Source: Elusimicrobiota bacterium (GTDB lineage: Bacteria > Elusimicrobiota > Elusimicrobia > 2-02-FULL-39-32). Taken from it: a stretch of DNA of 64,000 nucleotides. Positions 10,407-19,623 of the stretch are shown one piece after another. Within the stretch, counting starts at the first letter, position 1. The number at the start of each line of letters is the position of its first letter. A model generated the notes under the pieces. That model saw only the letters and a list, made by a program, of their open reading frames with translations, was not told the origin of the DNA and ran no database searches. The stretch lies in NCBI GenBank assembly GCA_016180425.1, contig JACPBF010000001.1:453447-517446 (forward strand), written 5' to 3'. The position numbers and the translations under genes are program-made.

Positions 10407-11570
10407 TCAGCTTGCAGGAATTAAATTTTTCTTTTTTAACTCTTGTAAATAAAAAGATTCCAGCCGCTTTGCAATTAAGCTTGCTTCAAAATTTTCTTCC
10501 GCCCTTTGCCTTGCGCACTCACCCATTTCTAAACGCAAAAATTTCTTTTCGCATAATAATTTTAAATATTCCGCATATTTCTTCCAATCATTCTGCGGCG
10601 CGAGAAAACCGCATTCTTTAGTCAAGAGTTCAGCTTGAGCATTGCGAATGTGAGAAAAATGAGAAACCACAGGCTTTCCATGGATCATGGCTTCTGCAAT
10701 AACGCAGCCAAAGGTTTCACCGTCTAATCTTGCATGAGCTAAGACATCAATCGTATTATAAAACTTGCTTAAAAATAAATCAGAAATATCTGGTTCCAAA
10801 AAAAGAATTCTTCTAATGCCCATTTTTTTCGAGTCCTCTTTCATTCTGGGCGGAGCAGAAAGAACTAAAAATAGTGTCTGGTCTGTTTCAATCTGTTTGT
10901 AAGCCCTCAAAGAAACTGAATCATAAATATCATCCGCGTTTCTACCAATTCTTCCCAACACAAAACAATCCTTTTCAATCTTTAATTCGCTTCTTAAATC
11001 CTCTTTTGTGCATGGCTTTTCTACAGGGCAGTAAAGCACATCGCAGCGCGGGTCTTCCTTGGACCAGCTTTGCGTAACGTCTTTTACCCAATAGGAAGGA
11101 AACAAAATCTTATTTAGTTTATATTGAAAATAAGACTCATCTCTAAAACCAAAAACATTAATCGTAAATAAAATAGGTATTTGGTTAATCACTTTAGGAT
11201 GGTTAAAAGGCCGGGACATAAGACCGCTATGATGCACGTGCAAAATATGAGGAGAAATTTTTCTCATGATTTTAGCTAAAGTAAAATCAGTGTAAAAAAT
11301 GACTTTCTCCTTTCCTAAGATTTTTACAAATTCTGGAATGCGCGCATATAAATAACGATTTTGTTGCTTGCGCGCAAGGGCTGTTTTTGATCCAAAAAAA
11401 GCTTTTACATGATCTGAAAAGAGCCGATGTAAAGGAACCGGATAATAAGGAGCTAAAGCGTAAATTTCAAAAAGATCTTTATTCAGATATTTACACAAAA
11501 GCTGCATCTCTTTTTCCGTGCCGCCTAAACCCAGCTGATTAGAATGATGAACAATCCGAATTTTATTCAT
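10407..11570 (-). CDS. Glycosyltransferase family 1 (GT4-like)
   Basis: 387 aa. It has the C-terminal GT-B motif GETFGCVIAEAMIHGKPVV (the E-x7-E region). Confidence 0.8.
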   Translation of the reverse strand: MNKIRIVHHSNQLGLGGTEKEMQLLCKYLNKDLFEIYALAPYYPVPLHRLFSDHVKAFFGSKTALARKQQNRYLYARIPEFVKILGKEKVIFYTDFTLAKIMRKISPHILHVHHSGLMSRPFNHPKVINQIPILFTINVFGFRDESYFQYKLNKILFPSYWVKDVTQSWSKEDPRCDVLYCPVEKPCTKEDLRSELKIEKDCFVLGRIGRNADDIYDSVSLRAYKQIETDQTLFLVLSAPPRMKEDSKKMGIRRILFLEPDISDLFLSKFYNTIDVLAHARLDGETFGCVIAEAMIHGKPVVSHFSHIRNAQAELLTKECGFLAPQNDWKKYAEYLKLLCEKKFLRLEMGECARQRAEENFEASLIAKRLESFYLQELKKKNLIPAS

Positions 11571-11670
11571 AAAACCTTTAAAATTTTACAATATATGCCT
11601 TTCAATTACTGCAAAAGCTCTTTAAAAAAACTTTATACGATTTATTTTATCTCATTACTTTGAAAATCGC

Positions 11671-11698
11671 TTGACAGATCTATAAAAACATCTATAAT
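11671..11698 (+). promoter_or_regulatory. Near-consensus sigma70 promoter for the polyamine operon (TTGACA-16-TATAAT)
   Basis: TTGACA at 11671-11676 and TATAAT at 11693-11698. The speH ATG at 11713 follows ~15 nt later. Confidence 0.5.
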
Positions 11699-11712
11699 GA
11701 GTAGTCACCAAA

Positions 11713-12099
11713 ATGAAATGTTTAGGACGACATCTTTTAGTTGAATATTATTCATGCAATCCAAAAATATTAATGGATGTAAGCCGCATTGAAGATTTGC
11801 TGGTAGGCGCCGCAAAATACGCAAAAGCTCACATTGTAGATGTTGTTTTTCATACTTTTAATCCTCATGGCGTTTCCGGCGTAGTGGTAGTGGAAGAATC
11901 ACACCTTGCCATTCATACCTGGCCAGAACATAAGTTTGCCTCTGTGGATATTTACACCTGCGGGGATAGTATTGACCCTTGGCAAGCTTATAAATACCTG
12001 CTAAAAGGGCTAAAAGCTAAACACTCCACAGCCACGGAAATGAAACGGGGAGTGCTGCATGCTAAAAAAGATAAAAAAAGCATTTATTTAAAAACTTAA
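11713..12099 (+). CDS. speH: S-adenosylmethionine decarboxylase proenzyme (class I, pyruvoyl)
   Basis: 128 aa. It carries the self-cleavage site VVVEES-HLAIHTWPE and the downstream SVDIYTCG motif. Confidence 0.85.
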   Translation: MKCLGRHLLVEYYSCNPKILMDVSRIEDLLVGAAKYAKAHIVDVVFHTFNPHGVSGVVVVEESHLAIHTWPEHKFASVDIYTCGDSIDPWQAYKYLLKGLKAKHSTATEMKRGVLHAKKDKKSIYLKT

Positions 12100-12105
12100 A
12101 CTAAA

Positions 12106-13041
12106 ATGACTCATTCTCATGACCATTCATCCAATCATTACTTTAAAGAGTGGTTAACACCCCATGAAGTTCATGGTCATCACTTAAAAAAAATCCTTGT
12201 TAAGAAAAAAACAAAATTCCAAAATGCGGTGGTGAGCGATACCTATTCTTTTGGCCGAGCCCTGATTTTAGATGGGGAAATGCAATCTGCCCAGTTGGAT
12301 GAATTTATTTATCACGAGGCTCTGATCCATCCCTCGCTCACAAGCCACCCTCAGCCAAAAACCGCGGCAATCTTAGGCGGCGGCGAAGGAGCCACATTAA
12401 GAGAAATCCTTAAACACCCCACCATTGAAAAAAGCACCATGGTTGACATTGACTTAGAAGTAATCGCTTTTTGCAAAAAATATTTAAAAACCTGGCACCA
12501 AGGGTCCTTTGAAAACCCAAAAACAGAAATCGTGATTGGAGACGCAAAAAAATTTATTGAAAATTCAAAAAATAAGTTTGACATTATTATTTCTGACCTC
12601 CCTTCTCCCATGGAAAAAGGGCCAGCTTCTCAACTCTACACCATAGAATTCTATAAAACTTTAAGTTCAAGACTAAACTCAAATGGAATTTTTACGCTTC
12701 AGGCTGGGTCCGGCAACTTATTGCAGCTTGAGCTTCATCTTAAACTCTATAACACTCTTAAAAAAATATTCCCGTTGGTTCGTTCTTATTCAGCTTTTAT
12801 TCCTTCTTTTGACGTGCCTTGGTCGTTTTTATTCTGCAGCAACTCTCTAAAGTACGACCCTTTTAAAATTTCAGCAAAAGAAATAGAGGAGCGCCTTAAA
12901 GCAAGAAACATAAAATCATTAAAATTCTATGACGGCATGACCCATGAAGGACTTTTTAGAATTCCCAAACATCTAAGGACCGCGTTAGAAAAAGAAAAAG
13001 GGGAGATTTCCCTTAAAAAGCCAGTTTACTTTTATAAATAA
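12106..13041 (+). CDS. speE: Spermidine synthase (polyamine aminopropyltransferase)
   Basis: 311 aa with ILGGGEGATLREILKH, IGDAKKF and DLPSP motifs. Confidence 0.9.
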   Translation: MTHSHDHSSNHYFKEWLTPHEVHGHHLKKILVKKKTKFQNAVVSDTYSFGRALILDGEMQSAQLDEFIYHEALIHPSLTSHPQPKTAAILGGGEGATLREILKHPTIEKSTMVDIDLEVIAFCKKYLKTWHQGSFENPKTEIVIGDAKKFIENSKNKFDIIISDLPSPMEKGPASQLYTIEFYKTLSSRLNSNGIFTLQAGSGNLLQLELHLKLYNTLKKIFPLVRSYSAFIPSFDVPWSFLFCSNSLKYDPFKISAKEIEERLKARNIKSLKFYDGMTHEGLFRIPKHLRTALEKEKGEISLKKPVYFYK

Positions 13042-13065
13042 GTTTAGTATTAATACTCTTTCTAA

Positions 13066-14520
13066 ATGAATAAACAAGCGCAAGCTCCTATCTTTGAAAC
13101 TTTGCTCGCTCGGGCAAAAAGAAAAGTAACCTCTTTTCACACGCCCGGGCATAAAAACGGCAAAGGTCTGGATAAAAAACTAAAAGAATTTACCGGCAAA
13201 TCCGCGTATTATTTTGACGTAACTGTTTTTCCAGAAGTGGATTCTTTGCACGACCCGGTTAGTTCCATTAAAAAAGCTCAAAACTTAATGGCCGACGCGT
13301 ATGGGGTTAAAAATTCATTTTTCTTAGTCAATGGCTCAACTGTTGGCAATCAGGCCATGCTGCTTTCCGCCTGTAACCCGGGAGATTCAGTGATTGTTTC
13401 TAGAAATGCTCACAAATCTATTCTTGCCGGCATTATTCTTTCTGGGGTCTGGCCCATCTGGCTGCAGCCAAAAGTAGATCAAAATTTAGATATTCTTTTC
13501 GAGCCCCAGCCAGAACAGATTGAAGCAGCTCTTAACCAATTCCCAGAAGCTAAAGCGGTTTTTATCACCAGCCCCACTTATAATGGAATCACAGCGGACT
13601 TAGTTAAAATTTCTGAAATCGTGCATCGTCACGGAAAATTTTTGCTGGTAGATGAGGCCCATGGACCTCATTTAAAATTTCATGAAGATTTGCCCATTTC
13701 AGCTGTAGAAGCAGGCGCGGATCTTTGCGTGCAATCTACTCATAAAGTTCTTTCCGCTCTTTCCCAAGGCTCTGTCTTGCATTTCAATTCAGAAATTCTA
13801 GATATTAACCGGGTTAAAAAAGTGATCTCCATGCTGCAGACCACAAGCCCCAATTACCTGATTCTTGCCTCCATTGACTTAGCCCGCAGACAAGCGATTC
13901 AAAATGGGGAAAAAATATTGGAACGGGTGATTCGCATTGCGGAATATGCCAGAAAAAAACTAAACCAAACGCGCCATTTCTTTTCCTTTACCAGAAAAGA
14001 AATTCAAGCCAGAAGCTATGACCTGGATGTGACTAAACTAACCATCAATGTGACTAAGAGCGGACTCTCTGGCCAGGAAATTGACGCTATCCTCTCAAAA
14101 GAATATAACATTCAAGTGGATGCCGCAGACCTTTTTAATTTGATAGCGATCCTTGGCACTGGAACAGATAAAACTGACATAGATCATTTAGTTAAAACTT
14201 TGGAAGAAATTGATTCTAAATACCGAGGCACAGCAAAAAACTGGACTTTGCAGATTCCATCCCTTTCCACAGAAATGGTGATGATGCCGCGAGAAGTGTT
14301 TCTTTCTAAAAAAACTAAAAGGGTTCCTCTTTCAAAAGCAGCAGGACATATCTCAGCGCAAACCCTGACGCCCTACCCTCCTGGAATTCCTGTTTTAATA
14401 CCCGGAGAAAGAATCACAGAAGAAATTTGCGACTACCTGACCAATCTATCTGAAAAAGAGTTAAGGGTCTCTGGACAGGAAACAGATACTTTAAGAACCA
14501 TTAAAGTGGTGACTGTATAA
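13066..14520 (+). CDS. PLP-dependent Orn/Lys/Arg decarboxylase (SpeA-type arginine decarboxylase family)
   Basis: 484 aa with FHTPGHKNG and the PLP-lysine motif STHKVLSALSQGS. It sits in the operon with speH and speE. Confidence 0.85.
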   Translation: MNKQAQAPIFETLLARAKRKVTSFHTPGHKNGKGLDKKLKEFTGKSAYYFDVTVFPEVDSLHDPVSSIKKAQNLMADAYGVKNSFFLVNGSTVGNQAMLLSACNPGDSVIVSRNAHKSILAGIILSGVWPIWLQPKVDQNLDILFEPQPEQIEAALNQFPEAKAVFITSPTYNGITADLVKISEIVHRHGKFLLVDEAHGPHLKFHEDLPISAVEAGADLCVQSTHKVLSALSQGSVLHFNSEILDINRVKKVISMLQTTSPNYLILASIDLARRQAIQNGEKILERVIRIAEYARKKLNQTRHFFSFTRKEIQARSYDLDVTKLTINVTKSGLSGQEIDAILSKEYNIQVDAADLFNLIAILGTGTDKTDIDHLVKTLEEIDSKYRGTAKNWTLQIPSLSTEMVMMPREVFLSKKTKRVPLSKAAGHISAQTLTPYPPGIPVLIPGERITEEICDYLTNLSEKELRVSGQETDTLRTIKVVTV

Positions 14521-14554
14521 TTTTTACACATAAAGAATAGGAAGGAGAAAATCC

Positions 14555-14977
14555 ATGAGCAAAACAAAAAAGAAAAAAGTTTCCAAATCAAGCAAAAAAA
14601 AATTAGAGAAGAAAAGCTCTAAAAAAACATTGAAACCTCAAAAAGGGACTAAAAACTTTTCAGAACTACTGAGCCGTAAAAGGGAAGAAATTTTACAAAC
14701 CGTAAAACAAAAAGAAATGGATCTAAGCTCTGGAGAAATTGGAGATGAAGCGGATGTTGCCAGCCAAACTTTTGAAAGGGAAATGATGTATGAGATGACC
14801 AATGGGGAGCGCATGGTTTTAGATGACATAGAAGCTGCTTTAAGAAAAATAGAAAGAAACGAATTTGGAACCTGTGAGTCCTGCAAAAAAAAGATATCCA
14901 ATCAAAGATTGCGCGCCATGCCCTGGGCGCGTTACTGTATTGGCTGCCAATCTAGGGCAGAATCCCCAAGAGCTTAA
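14555..14977 (+). CDS. DksA/TraR family C4-type zinc-finger protein
   Basis: 140 aa. The C-terminal CESCKKKI...YCIGCQ is a four-Cys zinc finger. The N-terminal tail is Lys-rich. Confidence 0.8.
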   Translation: MSKTKKKKVSKSSKKKLEKKSSKKTLKPQKGTKNFSELLSRKREEILQTVKQKEMDLSSGEIGDEADVASQTFEREMMYEMTNGERMVLDDIEAALRKIERNEFGTCESCKKKISNQRLRAMPWARYCIGCQSRAESPRA

Positions 14978-15081
14978 TCAGACGATTCATGAAAACGATC
15001 CTTAATAACCAGCTGCTCTGATTAAAGTCCGCATAGTTTAAGTTAAAATATTTTATTGAGATGGCGCACATCCTATAGAAG

Positions 15082-15771
15082 ATGGACTCTCTTTACTTAA
15101 AACAAATTGAAGTAGGGCCCATGGCTAATTTTATCTATTTAATTGGAGATGCTTTTACAAAAGAGGTCTTGATTGTGGACCCAGCCTGGCAAATAGATAC
15201 TCTTTTTAAAATCATCCGCTCTGAAAATCTAGAATTAAAAGGAGCTCTGATCAGCCACGCTCATTTTGATCACACCAATGGCTTAGAAGAACTTCTGAAT
15301 CTAGCAGACATTCCAATTTATATTCAAAAAGAAGAAGCCAATTTTGTAAAATCCGTGGGAAAAGCAGAATCTCTTTTTCCTTTGCTGCCTGAAGAACATT
15401 TAAAAAAAGTTGGAAATGAAGAAAAAATTACAGTAGGAAAAATTGAAATTACTCTCATACACACTCCCGGACATACTCCCGGCTCTCAATGCTTTTTAAT
15501 AAAAGACAATCTTATTTCAGGAGATACTCTATTTATAAGAACCTGCGGCCGCTCTGATTTGCCCGGGAGCGATCCTAAAAAAATGTATGAATCCCTAACG
15601 CAAAAGCTGATGAAACTTCCCTCAGAAACCGTGCTTTATCCAGGGCATAACTATAGCGACCTTAGCTCTTCCACCTTAGAAGAAGAGAAAAAGAAAAACC
15701 CATATCTCCTTTGCGAATCTCTGGAAACTTTTCTAATGCTATCGGGATCACACATAAGGAGAAAAATATGA
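15082..15771 (+). CDS. MBL-fold metallo-hydrolase (glyoxalase II-like)
   Basis: 229 aa with the HAHFDH metal-binding motif (ISHAHFDHTNG). Confidence 0.8.
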   Translation: MDSLYLKQIEVGPMANFIYLIGDAFTKEVLIVDPAWQIDTLFKIIRSENLELKGALISHAHFDHTNGLEELLNLADIPIYIQKEEANFVKSVGKAESLFPLLPEEHLKKVGNEEKITVGKIEITLIHTPGHTPGSQCFLIKDNLISGDTLFIRTCGRSDLPGSDPKKMYESLTQKLMKLPSETVLYPGHNYSDLSSSTLEEEKKKNPYLLCESLETFLMLSGSHIRRKI

Positions 15772-16295
15772 AGCTTCAAAATAAAAATATTGTTATTTTA
15801 GTGGAGCAACAATACCAAGATTTGGAAGTTTGGTATCCCTATTATCGTTTAAAAGAAGAAGGCGCAAAAGTCCTCTTAGCAGGGACTGGCAGCGCAAACA
15901 CTTATATGGGTAAATTCGGGGTTCCAGCAAAAGTAGATTTTTCCATTGATGAACTTAAAGTTAAAAATCATGATGCTGTTCTTATTCCCGGAGGTTGGGC
16001 TCCGGACTTTTTAAGACGGTATGAAACAGTGATTAAATTTGTGCAACAAATGAATAAGGCGGAAAAACTGATCGCCAGCATCTGCCATGGGGGATGGGTT
16101 CTAGCGTCATGTGGAATAATAGAAAAAAGAACCTTAACCTCCTTTTTTGCAATTAAGGACGATTTAATAAACGCAGGGGCAAAGTTTGTGGACAAAGAGG
16201 TGGTGGTGGACAAAAATTTAATTACTTCCCGCACGCCGGATGATTTACCATTATTTGTCTTTGAAATAATTAAAAAGTTGAGCAAGGGGAAATAA
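15768..16295 (+). CDS. DJ-1/PfpI family protein
   Basis: The ATG at 15768 is preceded by AAGGAGAAAAAT. The protein contains the nucleophile-elbow Cys in ASICHGGWVLASCG. Confidence 0.85.
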   Translation: MKLQNKNIVILVEQQYQDLEVWYPYYRLKEEGAKVLLAGTGSANTYMGKFGVPAKVDFSIDELKVKNHDAVLIPGGWAPDFLRRYETVIKFVQQMNKAEKLIASICHGGWVLASCGIIEKRTLTSFFAIKDDLINAGAKFVDKEVVVDKNLITSRTPDDLPLFVFEIIKKLSKGK

Positions 16296-16299
16296 ATTT

Positions 16300-16887
16300 A
16301 TGGAATATAAAGTAATCTATGAAAAAAATGATTGCATTTCAGCGAACCGCTGCATGGGTATCCATCCAGAACTTTGGGACAAAGATCAGGATGGAAAAGC
16401 GATTTTAAAAAAAGGAAATCTAAACTCCCAAACAAAAAAATATGAGTTGGTTATTCAGGAAAAAGATTTGCCTGCCTATAAGGAATCCGCATTAATTTGT
16501 CCGGTTTTTGTGATTGATATTGTGGGGTTAGAATCAGAAAAAAGCATCCTTAACATAAAACCAACAAAAGCCCCGGAAAAAGAAAATGTGCCTGTATTAA
16601 AAGCCCACTATGAATCTAGAAAAGAATGGGCCATGGATCCTAAGGGATTTTTTACCATTAAACCGTTTCCAGAAGAACAACTAATCCGTGCCAGATATTA
16701 TGGAGAAGATTATGCTTTAAAAATAGTGATTGAAGGTAAAAATGCAGAAGAAATTTATAACACGATTGTGCGGGAAAAACTTATATCCACCTTTCAACAC
16801 GCAGCCTATGTTGGCTGTGAGTTAATGAAAGCAGAAATCGCCATGAAAAAAAATCTTTCTTATGTGCAGGATGACCCTTTACCTTAA
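16300..16887 (+). CDS. Ferredoxin-domain protein (divergent 4Fe-4S single-cluster N-terminal domain fused to an uncharacterised C-terminal domain)
   Basis: 195 aa. The N-terminal CISANRC...ICPVF matches the Fer4_13-type Cys pattern. I cannot assign a family to the C-terminal ~100 aa. Confidence 0.5.
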   Translation: MEYKVIYEKNDCISANRCMGIHPELWDKDQDGKAILKKGNLNSQTKKYELVIQEKDLPAYKESALICPVFVIDIVGLESEKSILNIKPTKAPEKENVPVLKAHYESRKEWAMDPKGFFTIKPFPEEQLIRARYYGEDYALKIVIEGKNAEEIYNTIVREKLISTFQHAAYVGCELMKAEIAMKKNLSYVQDDPLP

Positions 16888-16888
16888 A

Positions 16889-17026
16889 CCCGAATAATTT
16901 TGGGAAAATGAGAACCCCATGGACTTTGCTTCAAGAACAGATGAGACAAAAAAGAGCGCCATTTTCATAAGCCCGAATAATTCACTTGGTTGTGAGAACT
17001 GAGACGAAAAAGACAGCCGTTTTTTC
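16889..17026 (+). repeat. Two tandem copies of an intergenic repeat family (core CCCGAATAATT...TTGTGAGAAC(CCC)...GAGAC-A6-G..GCC-Tn)
   Basis: Copy A at 16889-16968 and copy B at 16972-17026 both begin with CCCGAATAATT. B lacks ~27 nt present in A. A third copy lies at 55257-55340. Confidence 0.55.
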
Positions 17027-17086
17027 GAAACAAAAAAGTGAGAGAATACTTGAAAGTATTCACGAACTTTGGGTTGAGGACTCACC

Positions 17087-18223
17087 ATGCGAATCGTCAT
17101 AGCGCCAGATTCATTTAAAGAAAGCCTTTCTGCTGAAAACTGTTGTAAAGCGATCCAAAAAGGGATAAAAAAAATATTTCCAGATGCTGCAACTTTCCTA
17201 ATCCCCATGGCAGACGGCGGGGAAGGAACCCTCTCTTGTCTTTTCAAATCTATTAAAGGAAAAATAATCCGATGTAAAGTTCATGACCCTTTAAACCGAA
17301 AGATCATTGCCCGGTATGGAATTATGGAAAATGGCAAAACAGCCCTGATAGAAATGGCAGAGGCTTCTGGCCTACCCTTAATCCCTCCTAAAAAAAGAAA
17401 CCCAATGATCACCACTTCTTTTGGCGCTGGGGAATTGATACGCGCTGCTCTGGAGAAAGGGTGTAAAAAAATTATTCTAACCCTAGGCGGAGTCGCAACC
17501 AATGACGCGGCAGTAGGCATGGCCCAAGCTTTAGGATTTAGATTTTTAGACAAAAAAGGAAGGGAGATTCCTAAAGGTGCGGATGGATTAAAATTTTTAG
17601 ATCGGATTGATACTGCTTTGGTTCATCCTAAACTTAAAAAAACTGAGTTCTTCCTTTGTTGCGATGTAAAAAATCCTCTCTGCGGAAAAAATGGTTCAGC
17701 GCAAATCTATGGCCCACAAAAAGGGGCAAGCCCAAAAATGGTAAAAGAGATAGATAAAAATCTATTCCATTTAGCAAAAATTATAAAAAAGGATTTGGGG
17801 AAATCTATCTTAAAAAAAGCTGGAGCAGGCGCTGCTGGCGGAGCAGGCGGCGGAGCCATGGCTTTTTTTAATGGAAAGGTTCAATCTGGAATTGAAACTG
17901 TGATTGAATTAACAAATTTAGAGGAAAAAATTAAAGCAGCTGACCTGGTGATAACAGGAGAAGGAAAAATTGATCGGCAAACCCTATTTGGCAAAACAGT
18001 GGCTGGGGTTGCAACTCTGGCAAAAAAACAGCACGTTCCTGTGATCGCGTTTTGCGGCCAGATTTCAGGGGACATGAAAAAACTACATGAGCTGGGAATA
18101 AACACAATCTTTTCCATTGCGTCTGGACCTGTTTCATACAACGAATCCCTAAACAGAACATCTCTATTTTTGCAAAGAAAAACCGAAGAGGTCATGCGCC
18201 TTCTTAAAATTTTTATAAAATAA
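17087..18223 (+). CDS. glxK: Glycerate kinase
   Basis: 378 aa. It starts MRIVIAPDSFKESLSA, the hallmark of the GlxK/GarK family, and has a Gly-rich (GAGAAGGAGGG) loop. Confidence 0.9.
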   Translation: MRIVIAPDSFKESLSAENCCKAIQKGIKKIFPDAATFLIPMADGGEGTLSCLFKSIKGKIIRCKVHDPLNRKIIARYGIMENGKTALIEMAEASGLPLIPPKKRNPMITTSFGAGELIRAALEKGCKKIILTLGGVATNDAAVGMAQALGFRFLDKKGREIPKGADGLKFLDRIDTALVHPKLKKTEFFLCCDVKNPLCGKNGSAQIYGPQKGASPKMVKEIDKNLFHLAKIIKKDLGKSILKKAGAGAAGGAGGGAMAFFNGKVQSGIETVIELTNLEEKIKAADLVITGEGKIDRQTLFGKTVAGVATLAKKQHVPVIAFCGQISGDMKKLHELGINTIFSIASGPVSYNESLNRTSLFLQRKTEEVMRLLKIFIK

Positions 18224-18302
18224 AAAATACTTTAATAACTATCTCGGTTCTCACTAGAAAAAAGTGGGCTTCTGCTGCAACTTTCAATGAGAACTAACTT
18301 AC

Positions 18303-19289
18303 TTGGCTATGAAAAAATTTAATATTTACATTACAAGAAAAATTCCTGAAATTGGACTAAAGCTCATCCAAAAAGAATGCGGCGGTTATCAAATCAATTC
18401 TCATAACCGGGTTCTTAAAAAACAGGAACTAATAAAAGCAGTAAAAGATCAAGATGCGCTTCTTTGTCTTTTAACAGATAAAATTGATAAGGAGGTGATC
18501 CTTGCAGCAGGTCCAAAATTAAAAGTGATCTCCGCCTATTCTGCGGGATATGAAAATATTGATCTTAAAACAGCTACGGAAAAAAGAATAGTGGTCACAA
18601 ATACTCCGGGCGTATTAAGCATTGCCACTGCAGAAACCGCCTGGGCTCTGATGCTTGCAGCAGCTAGAAAAATTGTAGATGGGGATCTTTTTATGCGCAA
18701 AGGAAAATTTAAGGGGTGGGATCCTCTTCTTTTTTTAGGACAAGAAATCTCTGGTAAGACCTTAGGGATTATAGGCGCAGGAAGAATAGGAACTGAATTT
18801 GGACTCATGTCTAAAGGGTTCAGAATGAATGTTTTGTATAATAGCAATAAGATTAATAATCTCTTAAAAAAAGAAATCAACGCTAAAAAGGTCTCTTTAA
18901 AAGCTTTGCTTAAAAAATCAGATATGATCAGTCTGCATCTGCCCTTAAATTCAAAAACCTATCACTTAATAGGAAAAAAAGAGTTAGCCCTGATGAAACC
19001 TACAGCAATTTTAATTAATACTGCCCGCGGCCCAGTGATAGATGAAAATGCGCTTGTAATGGCTTTAAAAAATAAAAAAATATTTAGCGCGGGTCTGGAT
19101 GTTTATGAAAATGAACCAGAACTAGCCCTTGGACTCTCTCAACTTCCTAATGTAGTTTTAGCAGCTCATATTGGCAGCGCTACCACACAAACCCGTGAGG
19201 AGATGGCAAGGCTTGCGGCGGAAAATCTGATCCTGGCTCTTAAAAGACAAAAACCAAAGAATTGCGTGAACCCGGAAGTTTTAGAATGA
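18303..19289 (+). CDS. D-isomer-specific 2-hydroxyacid dehydrogenase (glyoxylate/hydroxypyruvate reductase-like)
   Basis: 328 aa with the NAD-binding motif GIIGAGRIGTEFG and catalytic region NTARGPVIDE...AAHIGSAT. Confidence 0.85.
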   Translation: MAMKKFNIYITRKIPEIGLKLIQKECGGYQINSHNRVLKKQELIKAVKDQDALLCLLTDKIDKEVILAAGPKLKVISAYSAGYENIDLKTATEKRIVVTNTPGVLSIATAETAWALMLAAARKIVDGDLFMRKGKFKGWDPLLFLGQEISGKTLGIIGAGRIGTEFGLMSKGFRMNVLYNSNKINNLLKKEINAKKVSLKALLKKSDMISLHLPLNSKTYHLIGKKELALMKPTAILINTARGPVIDENALVMALKNKKIFSAGLDVYENEPELALGLSQLPNVVLAAHIGSATTQTREEMARLAAENLILALKRQKPKNCVNPEVLE

Positions 19290-19570
19290 TCAATCTTGTT
19301 TTTGGAATACTTTTGATATTTGGCATAGTCTGGGCTGCAAAAAAATTCTATTTTCCAACAGAAATTGCCGAGCATCCAGATCGTTATCCAATAAAACAAG
19401 AAACTAAAATTTCTAAAAGAGAACTGTCCATGCTTCTTTCTCATTTACAGCGCTGGAGAAAAGAAGGAAAATTGACCAGAGAAGAATACGACCATTTAAC
19501 GGATCTTTGTTTATCCGAAATGCAAAATTTTCCAAAAGGAGAATCCCCGGAAAAAGAGCCGCCAGCTTGA
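19286..19570 (+). CDS. Small membrane protein with SHOCT-like C-terminal motif
   Basis: The ATG at 19286 overlaps the TGA of the upstream gene (ATGA). One TM helix is followed by KEGKLTREEYDHL, which is SHOCT-like. Confidence 0.4.
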   Translation: MINLVFGILLIFGIVWAAKKFYFPTEIAEHPDRYPIKQETKISKRELSMLLSHLQRWRKEGKLTREEYDHLTDLCLSEMQNFPKGESPEKEPPA

Positions 19571-19623
19571 CCCAAATATCACATTAGAAAATGAGATGGA
19601 TCCTAAGATAGGAGGACAATAAA

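Noticed and set aside
11571-11712. Replication origin at the minus-to-plus strand switch
   Set aside because: There is no dnaA gene or recognisable DnaA-box cluster nearby. A divergent promoter region explains the spacer.
16879-17247. 122-aa minus-strand ORF across the repeat region and glxK start
   Set aside because: It overlaps the well-supported glxK start and runs antisense through the repeat elements, so it is not a credible gene. Other antisense ORFs inside glxK, the dehydrogenase, and the MFS and OMP genes (17281-17553, 17881-18195, 17931-18161, 18536-18880, 19166-19444, 19584-19769, 19779-20222, 20322-20516, 20733-20948, 21196-21396) were rejected likewise.
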